A DNA stretch of 64,000 nt, taken from a candidate division WOR-3 bacterium. GTDB lineage: Bacteria > Hydrothermota > Tepidihabitantia > SM23-42 > JAOAFX01. The DNA is taken from assembly GCA_037444665.1 (NCBI GenBank), contig JBBILZ010000001.1, positions 25,434 through 89,433 on the forward strand, in the 5' to 3' direction. Below, in pieces: positions 55,346-64,000 of the stretch; the stretch's first letter is position 1, and the number at the start of each line of letters is the position of its first letter. The notes beneath the pieces are model-generated. The model was not told where the DNA came from. It worked only from the letters and a program-made list of their open reading frames with translations, and did not search any database. The translations under genes and the position numbers were made by a program.

Positions 55346-57600
55346 AATCTATTATTTTTATATGTATCATTACATTATTGAGTCCTTGTCTCATTTTTTC
55401 GGCGACCCGGAATCCTGTTGATGACTTTTCAATTGCACTCAAAAATTATGAGCAGGGTGAATATTATATTGCCCGGGTATTCTTTGAGCAGTTTGTCAAT
55501 AACAACCCTTATGATACATTAATTCCACAGGCATATTACTATCTATTAAAAATCTATGACCAGAATAATGATTTGACGAAATTCTTCAGTCGTGCAAATA
55601 AATTTCTTGAGTCTTTCACATATGATAAAAAAAGGGAAGAAATTTTCAATCTGTTGCTCAAAAAACTTGTAGAGCAGAATACATATTATCTTGCTTATAA
55701 ATACATTCAGAAATATGATTATATATCCGTTGACACCGTTCTTCTTAGTAAAATCATTCTGAACCTGAGCACGCAGACGATTTTTATTGATAAATTCTTA
55801 GAAATTTTCCCTGAAAATGAATCATTAAAGATTTTAAAGGCATTGACAATAAAAAACTTAAATGAGCGGACGCAGATATTCCAAACAATAAAAAAACCCA
55901 GGAGTAGTTTATATTTAATTGATAATTATCTGCTCATAGGAGATACTGTAAGTGCGTGGGAAGAATATCAAAGTATCAAATTGAATGAAATCCCTGAAAA
56001 TATGTTATACCGGTGGGCAATGTTTGCAATTATCTTCAATGAAAATGACTTGAAGAAAATACTATCCCGACTGGAGACCTATCCGGAGTTAAAAGAAAAA
56101 AAGAAAATCTTAAATATATTCATAGAAAAAAGACTCCCTGACAGTATTTCTATCCAGCAGGACCAGGACCTTAAATTTGTCCAGAAATTTTTTAATATGC
56201 GCCATATTGATTCAACTCAACTGCTCTTTCCTGAGAACATAAATATGGATTCTATTCTGAATGACACATCCAACATTGAAAATAATCTTTTAAGTTTAAG
56301 GCAACAGATTAAATCAAATTATAAACTTGATTCAATCTACTGTGAACATCTTATCAAAAAGCAGGCATACGCCGAAGCCTATAATGTGATTAAAGATTAT
56401 TTACCATATCCTGAAACAAGAAATTTTAGCCGTATGACAAGGGCATTAAAATACTGCGCTGAAAATAATTTTAAAATGGCATTGAATGACCTTATATTCT
56501 GTTTAAACAACGACCCTTACATAAAGTTCATTTATGCCGAATGCCTTAAACAAACCGGTCGTGACCCGGTGCCAGTTTACGAAGAACTGTTAGCCAGTTG
56601 TCGTGATTCACTGATTAGGTTTCAGAGTTTGAGTGAATATATTAAATACAAATATAATAAAGACGATTATCCAGCCATAACCAAAATAGTCTTTCAAGAG
56701 ATTCAGAATGATACTGATCTTACAAAACTTTATCTTTTGAGCCTTGTCCGCACAGGTAAGACTGCAAAGGCAGAAACACTTTATCAAAAAATATTCGGTA
56801 ACCTTGATCTGGATTTCCATAACGCCCGCATCAATTATCTTATGGAAAACAAATTATGGAAAAAAGCCAGTATCGTACTGGATTCCCTTATCAAAATTAC
56901 GGAGTATCAGAATAACCAAATCTTAAATTACAATAATGCTCTGGTTGCCTTTTGCACTGAAAATTATGCGTATGCTGAAACCTGTTTTCATAATTTCATC
57001 AGCCGTTTCAAAAAGAACAAATATTATTATCCAGCATTATTCAAAATTGGGACACTAAAATATTTAAAGCAGAGTTTTGATTCTGCTGCATATTATTATG
57101 GTCTCGCGGCAAAAGATTCTATGCTGCGTATAGAGGCATTACAGAATCAGTTGCTTGCCCTCAAAAAAAGTGAACGCTGGGCAGAGCTGATTGATGTGGG
57201 ACAAATGTTTATTAAAATCTGCCCCGATTCAATGAAACCAGATTATTACTTTGAAATTGGCTATGCCTGTTTAAGGGCAGGGTTAATAAACCAGGCAATA
57301 AAAAATCTAAAAACAGCTATCAGTTTAAAATCAAATGTTAATTATCATTACTGGCTCGGTGAAGCATATCTTGGTAAAGGTGATTTTCAAAGGGCTTTGT
57401 ATCACTATCAAAAAATAGTTTATAACTTTAAAAAAGACGAAATGTGGTATCCAACTGCCCTGTTTAAAACTGGACTTGCCTTAGAGATGCTTGATGAAAT
57501 GAAAGAAGCAAAGGAAATTTACCACAGGATTATCAAGGAAAGGGGAACCGGTGATATCTGGGGCAATGAAGCACAAAAAAGGCTGGAGTTATTAAAATGA
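55342..57600 (+). CDS. exported TPR-like helical-repeat protein
   Basis: Start at MKSIIFICIITLLSPCLIFS, an ATGA overlap with the GT4 stop. About 750 aa of helical repeats. Confidence 0.5.
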   Translation: MKSIIFICIITLLSPCLIFSATRNPVDDFSIALKNYEQGEYYIARVFFEQFVNNNPYDTLIPQAYYYLLKIYDQNNDLTKFFSRANKFLESFTYDKKREEIFNLLLKKLVEQNTYYLAYKYIQKYDYISVDTVLLSKIILNLSTQTIFIDKFLEIFPENESLKILKALTIKNLNERTQIFQTIKKPRSSLYLIDNYLLIGDTVSAWEEYQSIKLNEIPENMLYRWAMFAIIFNENDLKKILSRLETYPELKEKKKILNIFIEKRLPDSISIQQDQDLKFVQKFFNMRHIDSTQLLFPENINMDSILNDTSNIENNLLSLRQQIKSNYKLDSIYCEHLIKKQAYAEAYNVIKDYLPYPETRNFSRMTRALKYCAENNFKMALNDLIFCLNNDPYIKFIYAECLKQTGRDPVPVYEELLASCRDSLIRFQSLSEYIKYKYNKDDYPAITKIVFQEIQNDTDLTKLYLLSLVRTGKTAKAETLYQKIFGNLDLDFHNARINYLMENKLWKKASIVLDSLIKITEYQNNQILNYNNALVAFCTENYAYAETCFHNFISRFKKNKYYYPALFKIGTLKYLKQSFDSAAYYYGLAAKDSMLRIEALQNQLLALKKSERWAELIDVGQMFIKICPDSMKPDYYFEIGYACLRAGLINQAIKNLKTAISLKSNVNYHYWLGEAYLGKGDFQRALYHYQKIVYNFKKDEMWYPTALFKTGLALEMLDEMKEAKEIYHRIIKERGTGDIWGNEAQKRLELLK

Positions 57601-58127
57601 TAAGAAAATCGCCCTATCATTTTATTCGTGGTATCATTCCTTTTGCAGTATTCCCCTATTTTCACTTACTACTTACTACTTACTACCTACTACTTACTAA
57701 CTGCTGCGGTTACTCCACCCGTTCATTATTACCTGGATATATTAAAAAGGTCCATATAAAAATCTTTGAAAACCAGACCCTTAAGCCTGGGTTGGATGAA
57801 ATAGCAACCCAGACGACGACTGAAGCATTTCGCAATAATTCAGGTTTGAAAATTGTCAGTGAAGATGAAGCTGATATTGTTGTCAGTGGCAAAATAACTG
57901 GTTTTTCAAAAGACCCTTATGTATATACTGGTGCCCTTGATGTTTCACAATATAAAATTACTGTCAAATTCTCGGTTACCTGTTTTGATCAGGTGAAGAA
58001 TACAATCTACTGGCAAGGTGATATTTCAGATTGGGCAATTTATACTACTGATGAAGATGCAAGTATCAAAGAAGCAACCAAAAGAGCTGCGGAAAGGCTC
58101 GTAACAACTATTTTAACTAACTGGTAA
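57597..58127 (+). CDS. LptE-like LPS-assembly lipoprotein
   Basis: 176 aa. CGYSTRSLLP resembles LptE CGWHLRD after the lipobox. The hydrophobic N-region FHLLLTTYYLLLT is encoded by the TAC-tract repeat. Start overlaps the upstream stop (ATGA). Confidence 0.4.
   Translation: MIRKSPYHFIRGIIPFAVFPYFHLLLTTYYLLLTNCCGYSTRSLLPGYIKKVHIKIFENQTLKPGLDEIATQTTTEAFRNNSGLKIVSEDEADIVVSGKITGFSKDPYVYTGALDVSQYKITVKFSVTCFDQVKNTIYWQGDISDWAIYTTDEDASIKEATKRAAERLVTTILTNW
57664..57700. repeat. TAC-tract repeat (acttactacttactacttactacctactacttactaa) inside the LptE-like ORF
   Basis: Same family as 7751-7765, 22206-22226 and 62801-62825. Confidence 0.55.
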
Positions 58128-58183
58128 AATTATTTTTATCTATTGATAAAATGCTGAAATGTAAACAATTATGACCTCTATTA

Positions 58184-58211
58184 TTGACATAATTATTTTA
58201 ATGTCTATAAT
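58184..58211 (+). promoter_or_regulatory. promoter TTGACA-N16-TATAAT, leaderless or near-leaderless (ATG 8 nt after the -10)
   Basis: Hexamers at 58184-58189 and 58206-58211, ATG at 58220. Confidence 0.55.
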
Positions 58212-58219
58212 GATTTAAG

Positions 58220-60265
58220 ATGGAACCAGAAATTTCAATAGTTATTGTTAATTATAATGTCAAACACTTTCTGGAACAATGTTTAATGGCAATTGAGCGC
58301 GCAAAACATAACCTTACGATAGAAATCATTGTGGTTGACAACGCCTCAGTTGATGGCAGTCAAACCATGCTCAAGAAAACATTTCCTCAAGTTAGACTTA
58401 TTGAAAACCATAATAACCTGGGCTTTGGCAGGGCAAATAATCAGGCATTAAAGATTGCCCGCGGCAAATATATATTGATTTTAAATCCCGATACATTAAT
58501 TCAGGAAGATACCCTTCAGGTATTAAAGAATTTTCTTGATGAACATCAAGAGGCGAGTATGGTAGGTTGCAAATTGATTAATCCAGATGGTTCATTCCAG
58601 ATTGCCAGCCGCAGGAGCATCCCGACGCCGTGGGTGGCATTCGCCAAAATCATCGGGTTGAGCAGAATGTTTCCAAAAAGCAAAATCTTTGGCAGATATA
58701 ATCTTACCTATCTCTCCCCAGAGATTGAATCTGAGGTTGATATCCTGTCCGGTTCTCTAATGATGGCAAGAAAGGATGTCCTTGAAAAAGTAGGCTATTT
58801 TGATGAGGATTATTTTATGTATGGGGAGGACATTGATTTGTGTTATAAAATAAAAAAGGCAGGCGGAAAAATTTACTACACACCAAGAACAAAAGCAATT
58901 CATTATAAAGGCGAAAGCACAAAAAAAGGAGAATTTTCTTACATTACCAACTTTTATTCATCAATGTTAATATTTATTGATAAACATTTCAAAAATCATT
59001 ATTCGGTATTGGTGAAGTTTATTTTAGTGCTGGGTATATATTTAAGGGCAATTATTGCCTTTTTTCTCTCTTTTTTTAAAAGCATAACCGCCGTGCTATT
59101 TGATTTTCTTATAATCATACTTTGTATCTTTATGGCAATAAAATTATGGCTACCTCATTATCCACTGACACGATTTAGCATCATCTTTCCAGTATACACA
59201 TTGGTCTGGCTGTTCAGTATATATTTATCAGGGGCATACCATCCCCGTGGGAAATACCATATTAAGCAGGTCATTGCCGGTGCCCTTGTCGGATTTTTAT
59301 TAAATTCCACATTCACCTACTTTTTTAAGCAGTTTGCATATTCACGGGTAGTAGTCTTGATTGCCTTTGGCCTGAACACATTTCTTTTAAGTTGCTGGCG
59401 TACAATCTATCGCCTCATTGGCCCGCATTCAATCAAACACCCACTTTCTAAACTCCGCCGCACAATTATTGTCGGTGCGGGCAAAGAAGGTTTGAGAATT
59501 CTTAAGAAATTGAGGACAAGACCTGATATTCCTTATGAAGTATGTGGTTTTGTTGATTTTGATGAAAAAAATATTGGCAAAGAAGTTGATGGCGCTGAAG
59601 TTCTGGCAACAATTAAAAATATCAAAGATGTAATAAAGATACAAAAAATTGATGATGTAATATTTTCAAGTGACCGCCTCAGTAATAAACAAATACTTGA
59701 AACAATATCGTATGCCAGTGGCACAGGCGTAAATTTCCGTATTGTTCCTCATGAACTGGAGTATATTATAGCAAAATCATCAGTTGATGAGATTGATACT
59801 CTTCCATTATTAGATTTTATGAGTTCTTATGACCCGATTGATTTGATGGCGAAAAGATTCTTTGATATTTTTATCGCGGTGATTATGATTATTATATTAT
59901 CGCCGCTCTGGTTGATAAATTTTATTACAGGAGCAAAATTGGTGGGTAAAAAGATTCTCACTGAAAAAAATGTGTTAGAAACAATTTACATATTTGAAGG
60001 AGGAATACCTTTTTTAAAAAATACACCGCTATATTTTGCGGTCTTAAAAGGAACACTGAGTATGGTCGGTGCAGAGATGAGTGATATAGATAAACAAAAA
60101 GAAAGACCACCATTTAAATTAGGGCTGACAGGATTTGTACAGGTTAAATCCCGTGAAAAGAACAAAAAACTCAGCCCGCAGGAGAAAATTTATTATAACC
60201 TTTATTATTTAAAGAACCGTTCCCTGATTACAGACCTGCAGATTTTATTGAAATCTATATTTTAA
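58220..60265 (+). CDS. bifunctional GT2 glycosyltransferase and polyprenyl-phosphate sugar-transferase-like protein
   Basis: N-terminal GT-A (ISIVIVNYN, DNASVDGS, DxD). A central TM block, then a Rossmann TIIVGAGKEGLRIL as in WbaP-type PGPTs. The C-terminal sugar-transferase motif is degenerate (LKGTLSMVGAE versus canonical GDMSLVGPRP). Confidence 0.55.
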   Translation: MEPEISIVIVNYNVKHFLEQCLMAIERAKHNLTIEIIVVDNASVDGSQTMLKKTFPQVRLIENHNNLGFGRANNQALKIARGKYILILNPDTLIQEDTLQVLKNFLDEHQEASMVGCKLINPDGSFQIASRRSIPTPWVAFAKIIGLSRMFPKSKIFGRYNLTYLSPEIESEVDILSGSLMMARKDVLEKVGYFDEDYFMYGEDIDLCYKIKKAGGKIYYTPRTKAIHYKGESTKKGEFSYITNFYSSMLIFIDKHFKNHYSVLVKFILVLGIYLRAIIAFFLSFFKSITAVLFDFLIIILCIFMAIKLWLPHYPLTRFSIIFPVYTLVWLFSIYLSGAYHPRGKYHIKQVIAGALVGFLLNSTFTYFFKQFAYSRVVVLIAFGLNTFLLSCWRTIYRLIGPHSIKHPLSKLRRTIIVGAGKEGLRILKKLRTRPDIPYEVCGFVDFDEKNIGKEVDGAEVLATIKNIKDVIKIQKIDDVIFSSDRLSNKQILETISYASGTGVNFRIVPHELEYIIAKSSVDEIDTLPLLDFMSSYDPIDLMAKRFFDIFIAVIMIIILSPLWLINFITGAKLVGKKILTEKNVLETIYIFEGGIPFLKNTPLYFAVLKGTLSMVGAEMSDIDKQKERPPFKLGLTGFVQVKSREKNKKLSPQEKIYYNLYYLKNRSLITDLQILLKSIF

Positions 60266-60738
60266 TCCTCAGGTGGTTTGTTGCGCCCTTTGCGCACTTC
60301 CCTTATTAATTCCCTGATCTCCCTTTCAAAATCTTCCTGGAATATCATAAATTTTGCCTGCTGTACTGGTGTAAGTATCTGCCTTAAATCCTCTATCTCT
60401 TTCATCTGCGCAGTTATCCTTTTTTTATGAATCTCCTGAAATTTATTCAAAACATTTACGATTTCCTGCTCCGGCGTATTATTTTTTAACAAATCTCTCA
60501 ATTTCTGAATTAATTCCAGCCTTTGTTTTTGAAATTCTTGCTCGGTCTTTCTCATCTCTTTCAGGTGAGGAAAAAATTTTGTGGTCTGTTCTTCGGTCAG
60601 GTCAAGTGCTTCAGTTAATTTATAAATCCTCACCTTCTCAATTATCTCGCGCGGGTCTTTTTTATCGTATGGTTCCTGTGCTACAAGCAGCAACACAGGC
60701 ACAAATAACAATATTAATTTTTTCATAGATACCCCCAA
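60262..60738 (-). CDS. periplasmic Spy/CpxP-family (LTxxQ) protein
   Basis: Signal peptide and LTEEQ/LTPVQ motifs in a K/E-rich helical protein. Confidence 0.6.
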   Translation of the reverse strand: MGVSMKKLILLFVPVLLLVAQEPYDKKDPREIIEKVRIYKLTEALDLTEEQTTKFFPHLKEMRKTEQEFQKQRLELIQKLRDLLKNNTPEQEIVNVLNKFQEIHKKRITAQMKEIEDLRQILTPVQQAKFMIFQEDFEREIRELIREVRKGRNKPPED

Positions 60739-60762
60739 TGTTTTTTTGAAATTAAAAAAAAT

Positions 60763-61326
60763 CTAAAGATATTTTTTTCCATATTTCTCGCTAATAACCT
60801 CAATAAATTTCCGCTGCTCATCCGTGGTCAAATCTTTTAATCCCTGTTCAATATCTTCGTCAAAGTATTCTTCAAGGGCATTAAACTGGCTCACTATATT
60901 ATTATCAACTATCCTTTCCAGCAACAGGGCATTGAAATATTTATCCTGCGAAAGGCTAAATATGGGCACTGAAATTTCCAGGGATTGCTCTTTTTGCCGA
61001 TTAAAAAGAAGAACAAACACTAATACACCCAGTGCCGGTATAAGAATACTCCAGATTTTCCACAATGCTTTCTTCAAAACAATCTCCTGCTGGCGCACCC
61101 TACTTTTCATTTTTATAAAAACCTCTTCTGCCGGGATAACGACTTCATCTTTATCCATCATTGCATAAATCTTTTTAATCGCTGACAACTCTTTCTGACA
61201 TACATCACATTCTTTCAAATGGGCTTCAAATATGCTTTTATTTTGAATATCCAGCAACCCTTCAATATAGTCTATGACTCTCTCCTGAAATTGACATTTA
61301 TTAATTTTTTTATTCATCATATCCAA
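60763..61326 (-). CDS. zinc-finger (zf-HC2) anti-sigma factor
   Basis: N-terminal C...HLKECDVCQKEL, one TM helix and a periplasmic C-terminal domain. Overlaps the sigma gene. Confidence 0.6.
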   Translation of the reverse strand: MDMMNKKINKCQFQERVIDYIEGLLDIQNKSIFEAHLKECDVCQKELSAIKKIYAMMDKDEVVIPAEEVFIKMKSRVRQQEIVLKKALWKIWSILIPALGVLVFVLLFNRQKEQSLEISVPIFSLSQDKYFNALLLERIVDNNIVSQFNALEEYFDEDIEQGLKDLTTDEQRKFIEVISEKYGKKYL

Positions 61327-61847
61327 TCCTTTAATAAAATTCTTAATTTTCTAATCGCCTGAAAATGATTTGCCTTTGCAGCGCCTGAAGAGATTCCCAT
61401 TATCTCTCCAATCTCATCAAATGTATATCCTTCATAGTGTCTGAGGATAAAAGCCATTTTCTGGCGTCCAGGTAACTTGGCAAGGGCGTCATCTATTGCC
61501 TTTTTTAACATCAGATTCCTCTCTCCAGGATTTGGTATTGAACTATCAATTTCCAGTTCGTCATGCGATTTTCTTTTAAATGAAATACAGGTATTAATGG
61601 TAATACGATAGAGCCAGGTAAAGAATTTACTCCTTTCATCAAATTTTTTAAGATTTCTATAAACCTTTGTAAAAACTTCCAGTGTGAGTTCCTGGGCATC
61701 TGCCTCATTTCTAACATACCGATAACAGATTGAGTAAACAGGATGTTTATACATTTCAAATAGCGAATCAAATGCCTTTTCATCACCATTTTTATATCTT
61801 CTGACCAATAATAATTCTTCATTATCATTCATTATATTTTGACGCAA
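61317..61847 (-). CDS. ECF-type RNA polymerase sigma-70 factor
   Basis: Region 2 (FDSLFEMYKHPVYSICYRYVRNEADAQELTLEVF) and region 4 (AFILRHYEGYTFDEIGEIMGISSGAAK). Confidence 0.8.
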   Translation of the reverse strand: MRQNIMNDNEELLLVRRYKNGDEKAFDSLFEMYKHPVYSICYRYVRNEADAQELTLEVFTKVYRNLKKFDERSKFFTWLYRITINTCISFKRKSHDELEIDSSIPNPGERNLMLKKAIDDALAKLPGRQKMAFILRHYEGYTFDEIGEIMGISSGAAKANHFQAIRKLRILLKDWI

Positions 61848-61957
61848 TTGATTATCCTGTGGTTTAATCCGCTAAACAATAATAATTATTGGTCTTGATG
61901 TCTGAATAACCTGAAGATTGACAAATTGGTGGAATTTTAATGTTAATTAATGCAAAT

Positions 61958-62131
61958 TTAATAATCCTCCTCGGTATAAGGCTCAAATTGCTCTTTCTCA
62001 GCACCACATTCAGGGCACACCCAATCATCAGGAAGCTGTTCAAAAAGTGTGCCTGGTTCAACACCATTATCTGGATCCCCGTATTCAGGGTCATAAATAT
62101 AGCCGCAAATAGTGCATTGCCATTTGCCCAT
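61958..62131 (-). CDS. rubredoxin (57 aa, absent from the ORF track because it is under 60 aa)
   Basis: My own translation of the minus strand: [57 protein letters not shown]. Classic CxxCG...CPxCG. GGAGG ribosome-binding site 7 nt upstream. Confidence 0.8.
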   Translation of the reverse strand: MGKWQCTICGYIYDPEYGDPDNGVEPGTLFEQLPDDWVCPECGAEKEQFEPYTEEDY

Positions 62132-62199
62132 TATACCTCCTTTAAAGCAGTCTATTATATTTATTAATTTATACCTGTCAATACAAAAATAATACTAAT

Positions 62200-62706
62200 T
62201 TATCTGTGTTGAGGACATATTACTGCACCATTTTCAGAATTATATATATATGTCTGCCCGGTCACCGGACAAAATGTTTCCTGAGCACTGATATCATTCA
62301 AGTCTTCAAGTTTTTCTGGATATTTACCATTCTCTGTATAATATATTTGTATTGCCATTTCTATTTTTCGTAGCTGTGCCTGGCACTGTAAAATATTTGC
62401 CCTTTCTGGCGGTGATACTGCAGCCTGATTTTCTCGGCTTCCCCGTGTATATATTATACCGGCTTTATAGACCAGTACTGCTACAATAATCAGTGCAATG
62501 ATGAGCACAAGAAATGCATAAGTCCTCGCTATTCCTCTTTTCACAATGGTGATTATAAACAATTTATCATAAATGTCAATTATTGATTTAGCTGAGGTCT
62601 CTCCACTATTCTGATTTATCTTTCCAATTGTAGTTGCCCGATTTATCGGGCGTAGATTAATTTTTAGGCATTTTGGACTTTTAGGCATTTTAATTTTACA
62701 GGGCAT
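62200..62706 (-). CDS. hypothetical membrane protein with a pseudopilin-like segment (start uncertain)
   Basis: A TM helix YAFLVLIIALIIVAVLV, then LRKIEMAIQIYYTENGKYPEKLEDL resembling the GspG/T4-pilin conserved region. The 5' 70 nt of the called ORF lie in repeat copy B, so the true start is probably the internal GTG at ...VKRGIARTYAF. Confidence 0.35.
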   Translation of the reverse strand: MPCKIKMPKSPKCLKINLRPINRATTIGKINQNSGETSAKSIIDIYDKLFIITIVKRGIARTYAFLVLIIALIIVAVLVYKAGIIYTRGSRENQAAVSPPERANILQCQAQLRKIEMAIQIYYTENGKYPEKLEDLNDISAQETFCPVTGQTYIYNSENGAVICPQHR

Positions 62707-62826
62707 AGATACCGGTATGGTTATTGGGCATGGTCTATTTAGTCTTTTTGGTCTATTTTGTTTCTCTGGTCTTTCTGTTTCTGTTATTTTCTACATACTA
62801 CTTACTACCTACTACCTACTCATCCA
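62634..62826. repeat. intergenic modular repeat element, copy B
   Basis: Hairpin gcccgatttatcgggc, tttaggcattttggacttttaggcatttt, agggcatag, ccggtatggttattgg, ggtctatttagtcttttt and a TAC tract. See copy A. Confidence 0.6.
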
Positions 62827-62888
62827 CCCATTCCCTGATTCTACTTGACACCCCTGTTAATACCATACTTGCCTGAAAGCCTTTTTTA

Positions 62889-62896
62889 TGTAAAAT
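62889..62896 (+). promoter_or_regulatory. extended -10 promoter TGTAAAAT, leaderless (truB ATG 6 nt downstream)
   Basis: TGnTAAAAT at 62889-62896, ATG at 62902. Confidence 0.4.
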
Positions 62897-62901
62897 TAAC
62901 T

Positions 62902-63567
62902 ATGCCTGAGATAAATCATATAATTCCTGTTTACAAACCTGTTGGGCCGGCAACATTTGATATAATTAGAATCTTCAAGAAAAAAACCAATTACCAGGGC
63001 AAGATAGGCCATGGTGGTTCACTTGACCCATTTGCCTGTGGCGTTGTGCTTCTGCTCTTAGGAAAAGCAACCCAGCGATTTGAAGAAATATCATCATGGC
63101 AAAAAGTTTATATTGCTGGCGCCAGATTGGGCGCAACTTCTACAACCGGAGATGTTGTAGGAGAAATAAAGACCGACCCATCCAAAAACCATTCCCAAAT
63201 AGGACGCCATTTATTAGAAAATACCATAAAAAACTTCATTGGTGAAATAGAGCAAAAAGTCCCCATTTATTCAGCGGCAAAATTTCAAGGCACCCCGATG
63301 TACAAACTCGCGCGCAATGGCATTGAAATAGAAAAGACAAAAAAGGTAAAAGTTTACAATATTGAATTTATTTATTTGAAATATCCACTATTAACCCTGA
63401 AAATAACCTGTGCCGGTGGAGTTTATATTCGCCAGCTGATACAGGATATAGCTGACAAAATTGGTGAGAAGGCATTCTTATACTTCCTTGAACGTTGCCA
63501 GGTCGGTGAGTTTACAAAAGAAAATTGTATTAGTATTGATAATTTTGATAAAATTACCATTCAATAA
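62902..63567 (+). CDS. truB: tRNA pseudouridine(55) synthase
   Basis: Start at MPEINHIIPVYKP. The ORF track begins at 62845, inside the repeat. TruB motif HGGSLDPFACGVLL. Confidence 0.85.
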   Translation: MPEINHIIPVYKPVGPATFDIIRIFKKKTNYQGKIGHGGSLDPFACGVVLLLLGKATQRFEEISSWQKVYIAGARLGATSTTGDVVGEIKTDPSKNHSQIGRHLLENTIKNFIGEIEQKVPIYSAAKFQGTPMYKLARNGIEIEKTKKVKVYNIEFIYLKYPLLTLKITCAGGVYIRQLIQDIADKIGEKAFLYFLERCQVGEFTKENCISIDNFDKITIQ

Positions 63568-63985
63568 TCAAATCTTCTTCAGGAAAAAATTTTTTCTTTA
63601 TAATGCGACAATATTGTTTATCCTGATAAAATTCAATTTTATTTATTCTATAATTTATCTTTAAACCAAAATTCTTTGGTGCAATTATTACAAACTCAGC
63701 ATTCATAATCGGTCTCCCCCATTTCTTGGTCGTTGTTGTAATGTATCTAAAATACCTTTTCTTCAATTTCTGGGAATAAGTAATCTTAAATGAATTTTCT
63801 CTTCCTGGTTCCATCTTCATAACAAAATAGATTCCATTTGTATCCTTATCAAAGGGATAATGAAGTAAAATTGTATCTGGGTAATAATGGAATGAATCAA
63901 CAGGGAAAGGATAGAAAAATTTTACAAATTTTACTGTTTTTGTAGCATTCTCAAAAAAATATTCACCTGTAACACACACATCCAT
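63554..63985 (-). CDS. hypothetical protein
   Basis: 143-aa ORF convergent with truB. No recognisable motif. It lies close to the window end. Confidence 0.3.
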   Translation of the reverse strand: MDVCVTGEYFFENATKTVKFVKFFYPFPVDSFHYYPDTILLHYPFDKDTNGIYFVMKMEPGRENSFKITYSQKLKKRYFRYITTTTKKWGRPIMNAEFVIIAPKNFGLKINYRINKIEFYQDKQYCRIIKKKFFPEEDLIIEW

Positions 63986-64000
63986 TGTTCTTAATTCAAT

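Noticed and set aside
62200-62706. Calling the 168-aa protein a type IV pilin or pseudopilin
   Set aside because: It has a GspG-like internal segment but lacks the G/FTLIE prepilin cleavage motif at the N-terminus, and its called start lies within a repeat. I kept it as hypothetical.
1-64000. tRNA, rRNA, tmRNA, RNase P, transposase, integrase or prophage genes
   Set aside because: I scanned intergenic regions and ORF translations by eye. There were no cloverleaf or GTTCGAATC-type signatures and no DDE or tyrosine-recombinase motifs. The window appears purely chromosomal.

Overview
This 64-kb window is a gene-dense, AT-rich bacterial chromosome segment (about 35-40% GC by eye) with roughly 57 protein-coding genes. 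I found no rRNA, tRNA, CRISPR array, transposase or integrase. The gene content points to an anaerobic diderm, perhaps from an uncultivated FCB-like lineage, but the lineage is inference.

Core genes present:
- Housekeeping and redox: rlmN (5'-partial at the window edge), rubrerythrin and a 57-aa rubredoxin missed by the ORF track, sucCD, an orphan hypD beside a radical-SAM gene, rtcB-tldD-pmbA-uvrC, lysS-lolE-lolD-mcsA-mcsB, archaeal-type FBP aldolase/phosphatase, glmS and truB.
- Outer-membrane and T9SS hallmarks: a PorV/PorQ-like barrel, two cargo proteins with T9SS C-terminal sorting domains, an LptE-like lipoprotein, LolDE and an ECF sigma/anti-sigma/CpxP-like operon.
- A surface-glycan cluster with two epimerases, a GT4 glycosyltransferase, a TPR protein and a GT2-PGPT fusion.

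Regions that look accessory or novel:
1. A 19.7-30.2 kb island. On the minus strand it holds two overlapping paralogous P-loop NTPases with an atypical Walker A-to-Walker B spacing, plus an unknown 293-aa protein. Transcribed divergently is a protein with two cyclase homology domains (pseudo-heterodimeric), a STAND ATPase and TPR repeats, showing signs of start and stop disruption. Three tandem TPR paralogs follow.
2. A 35.8-38.8 kb operon for secreted proteins centred on an extraordinarily Trp/Tyr/His/Asp-rich protein. A 19-nt perfect palindrome lies upstream of it and recurs upstream of a second outer-membrane gene.
3. A modular family of roughly 200-bp intergenic repeats, with at least three full copies and two fragments. 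One fragment has been recruited into the signal peptide of the LptE-like protein.
4. Several canonical TTGACA-N15/16-TATAAT promoters placed so close to the start codon that the mRNAs must be leaderless.

All family assignments come from reading motifs in the translations, since no database search could be run. None of the statements about novelty have been checked against databases.
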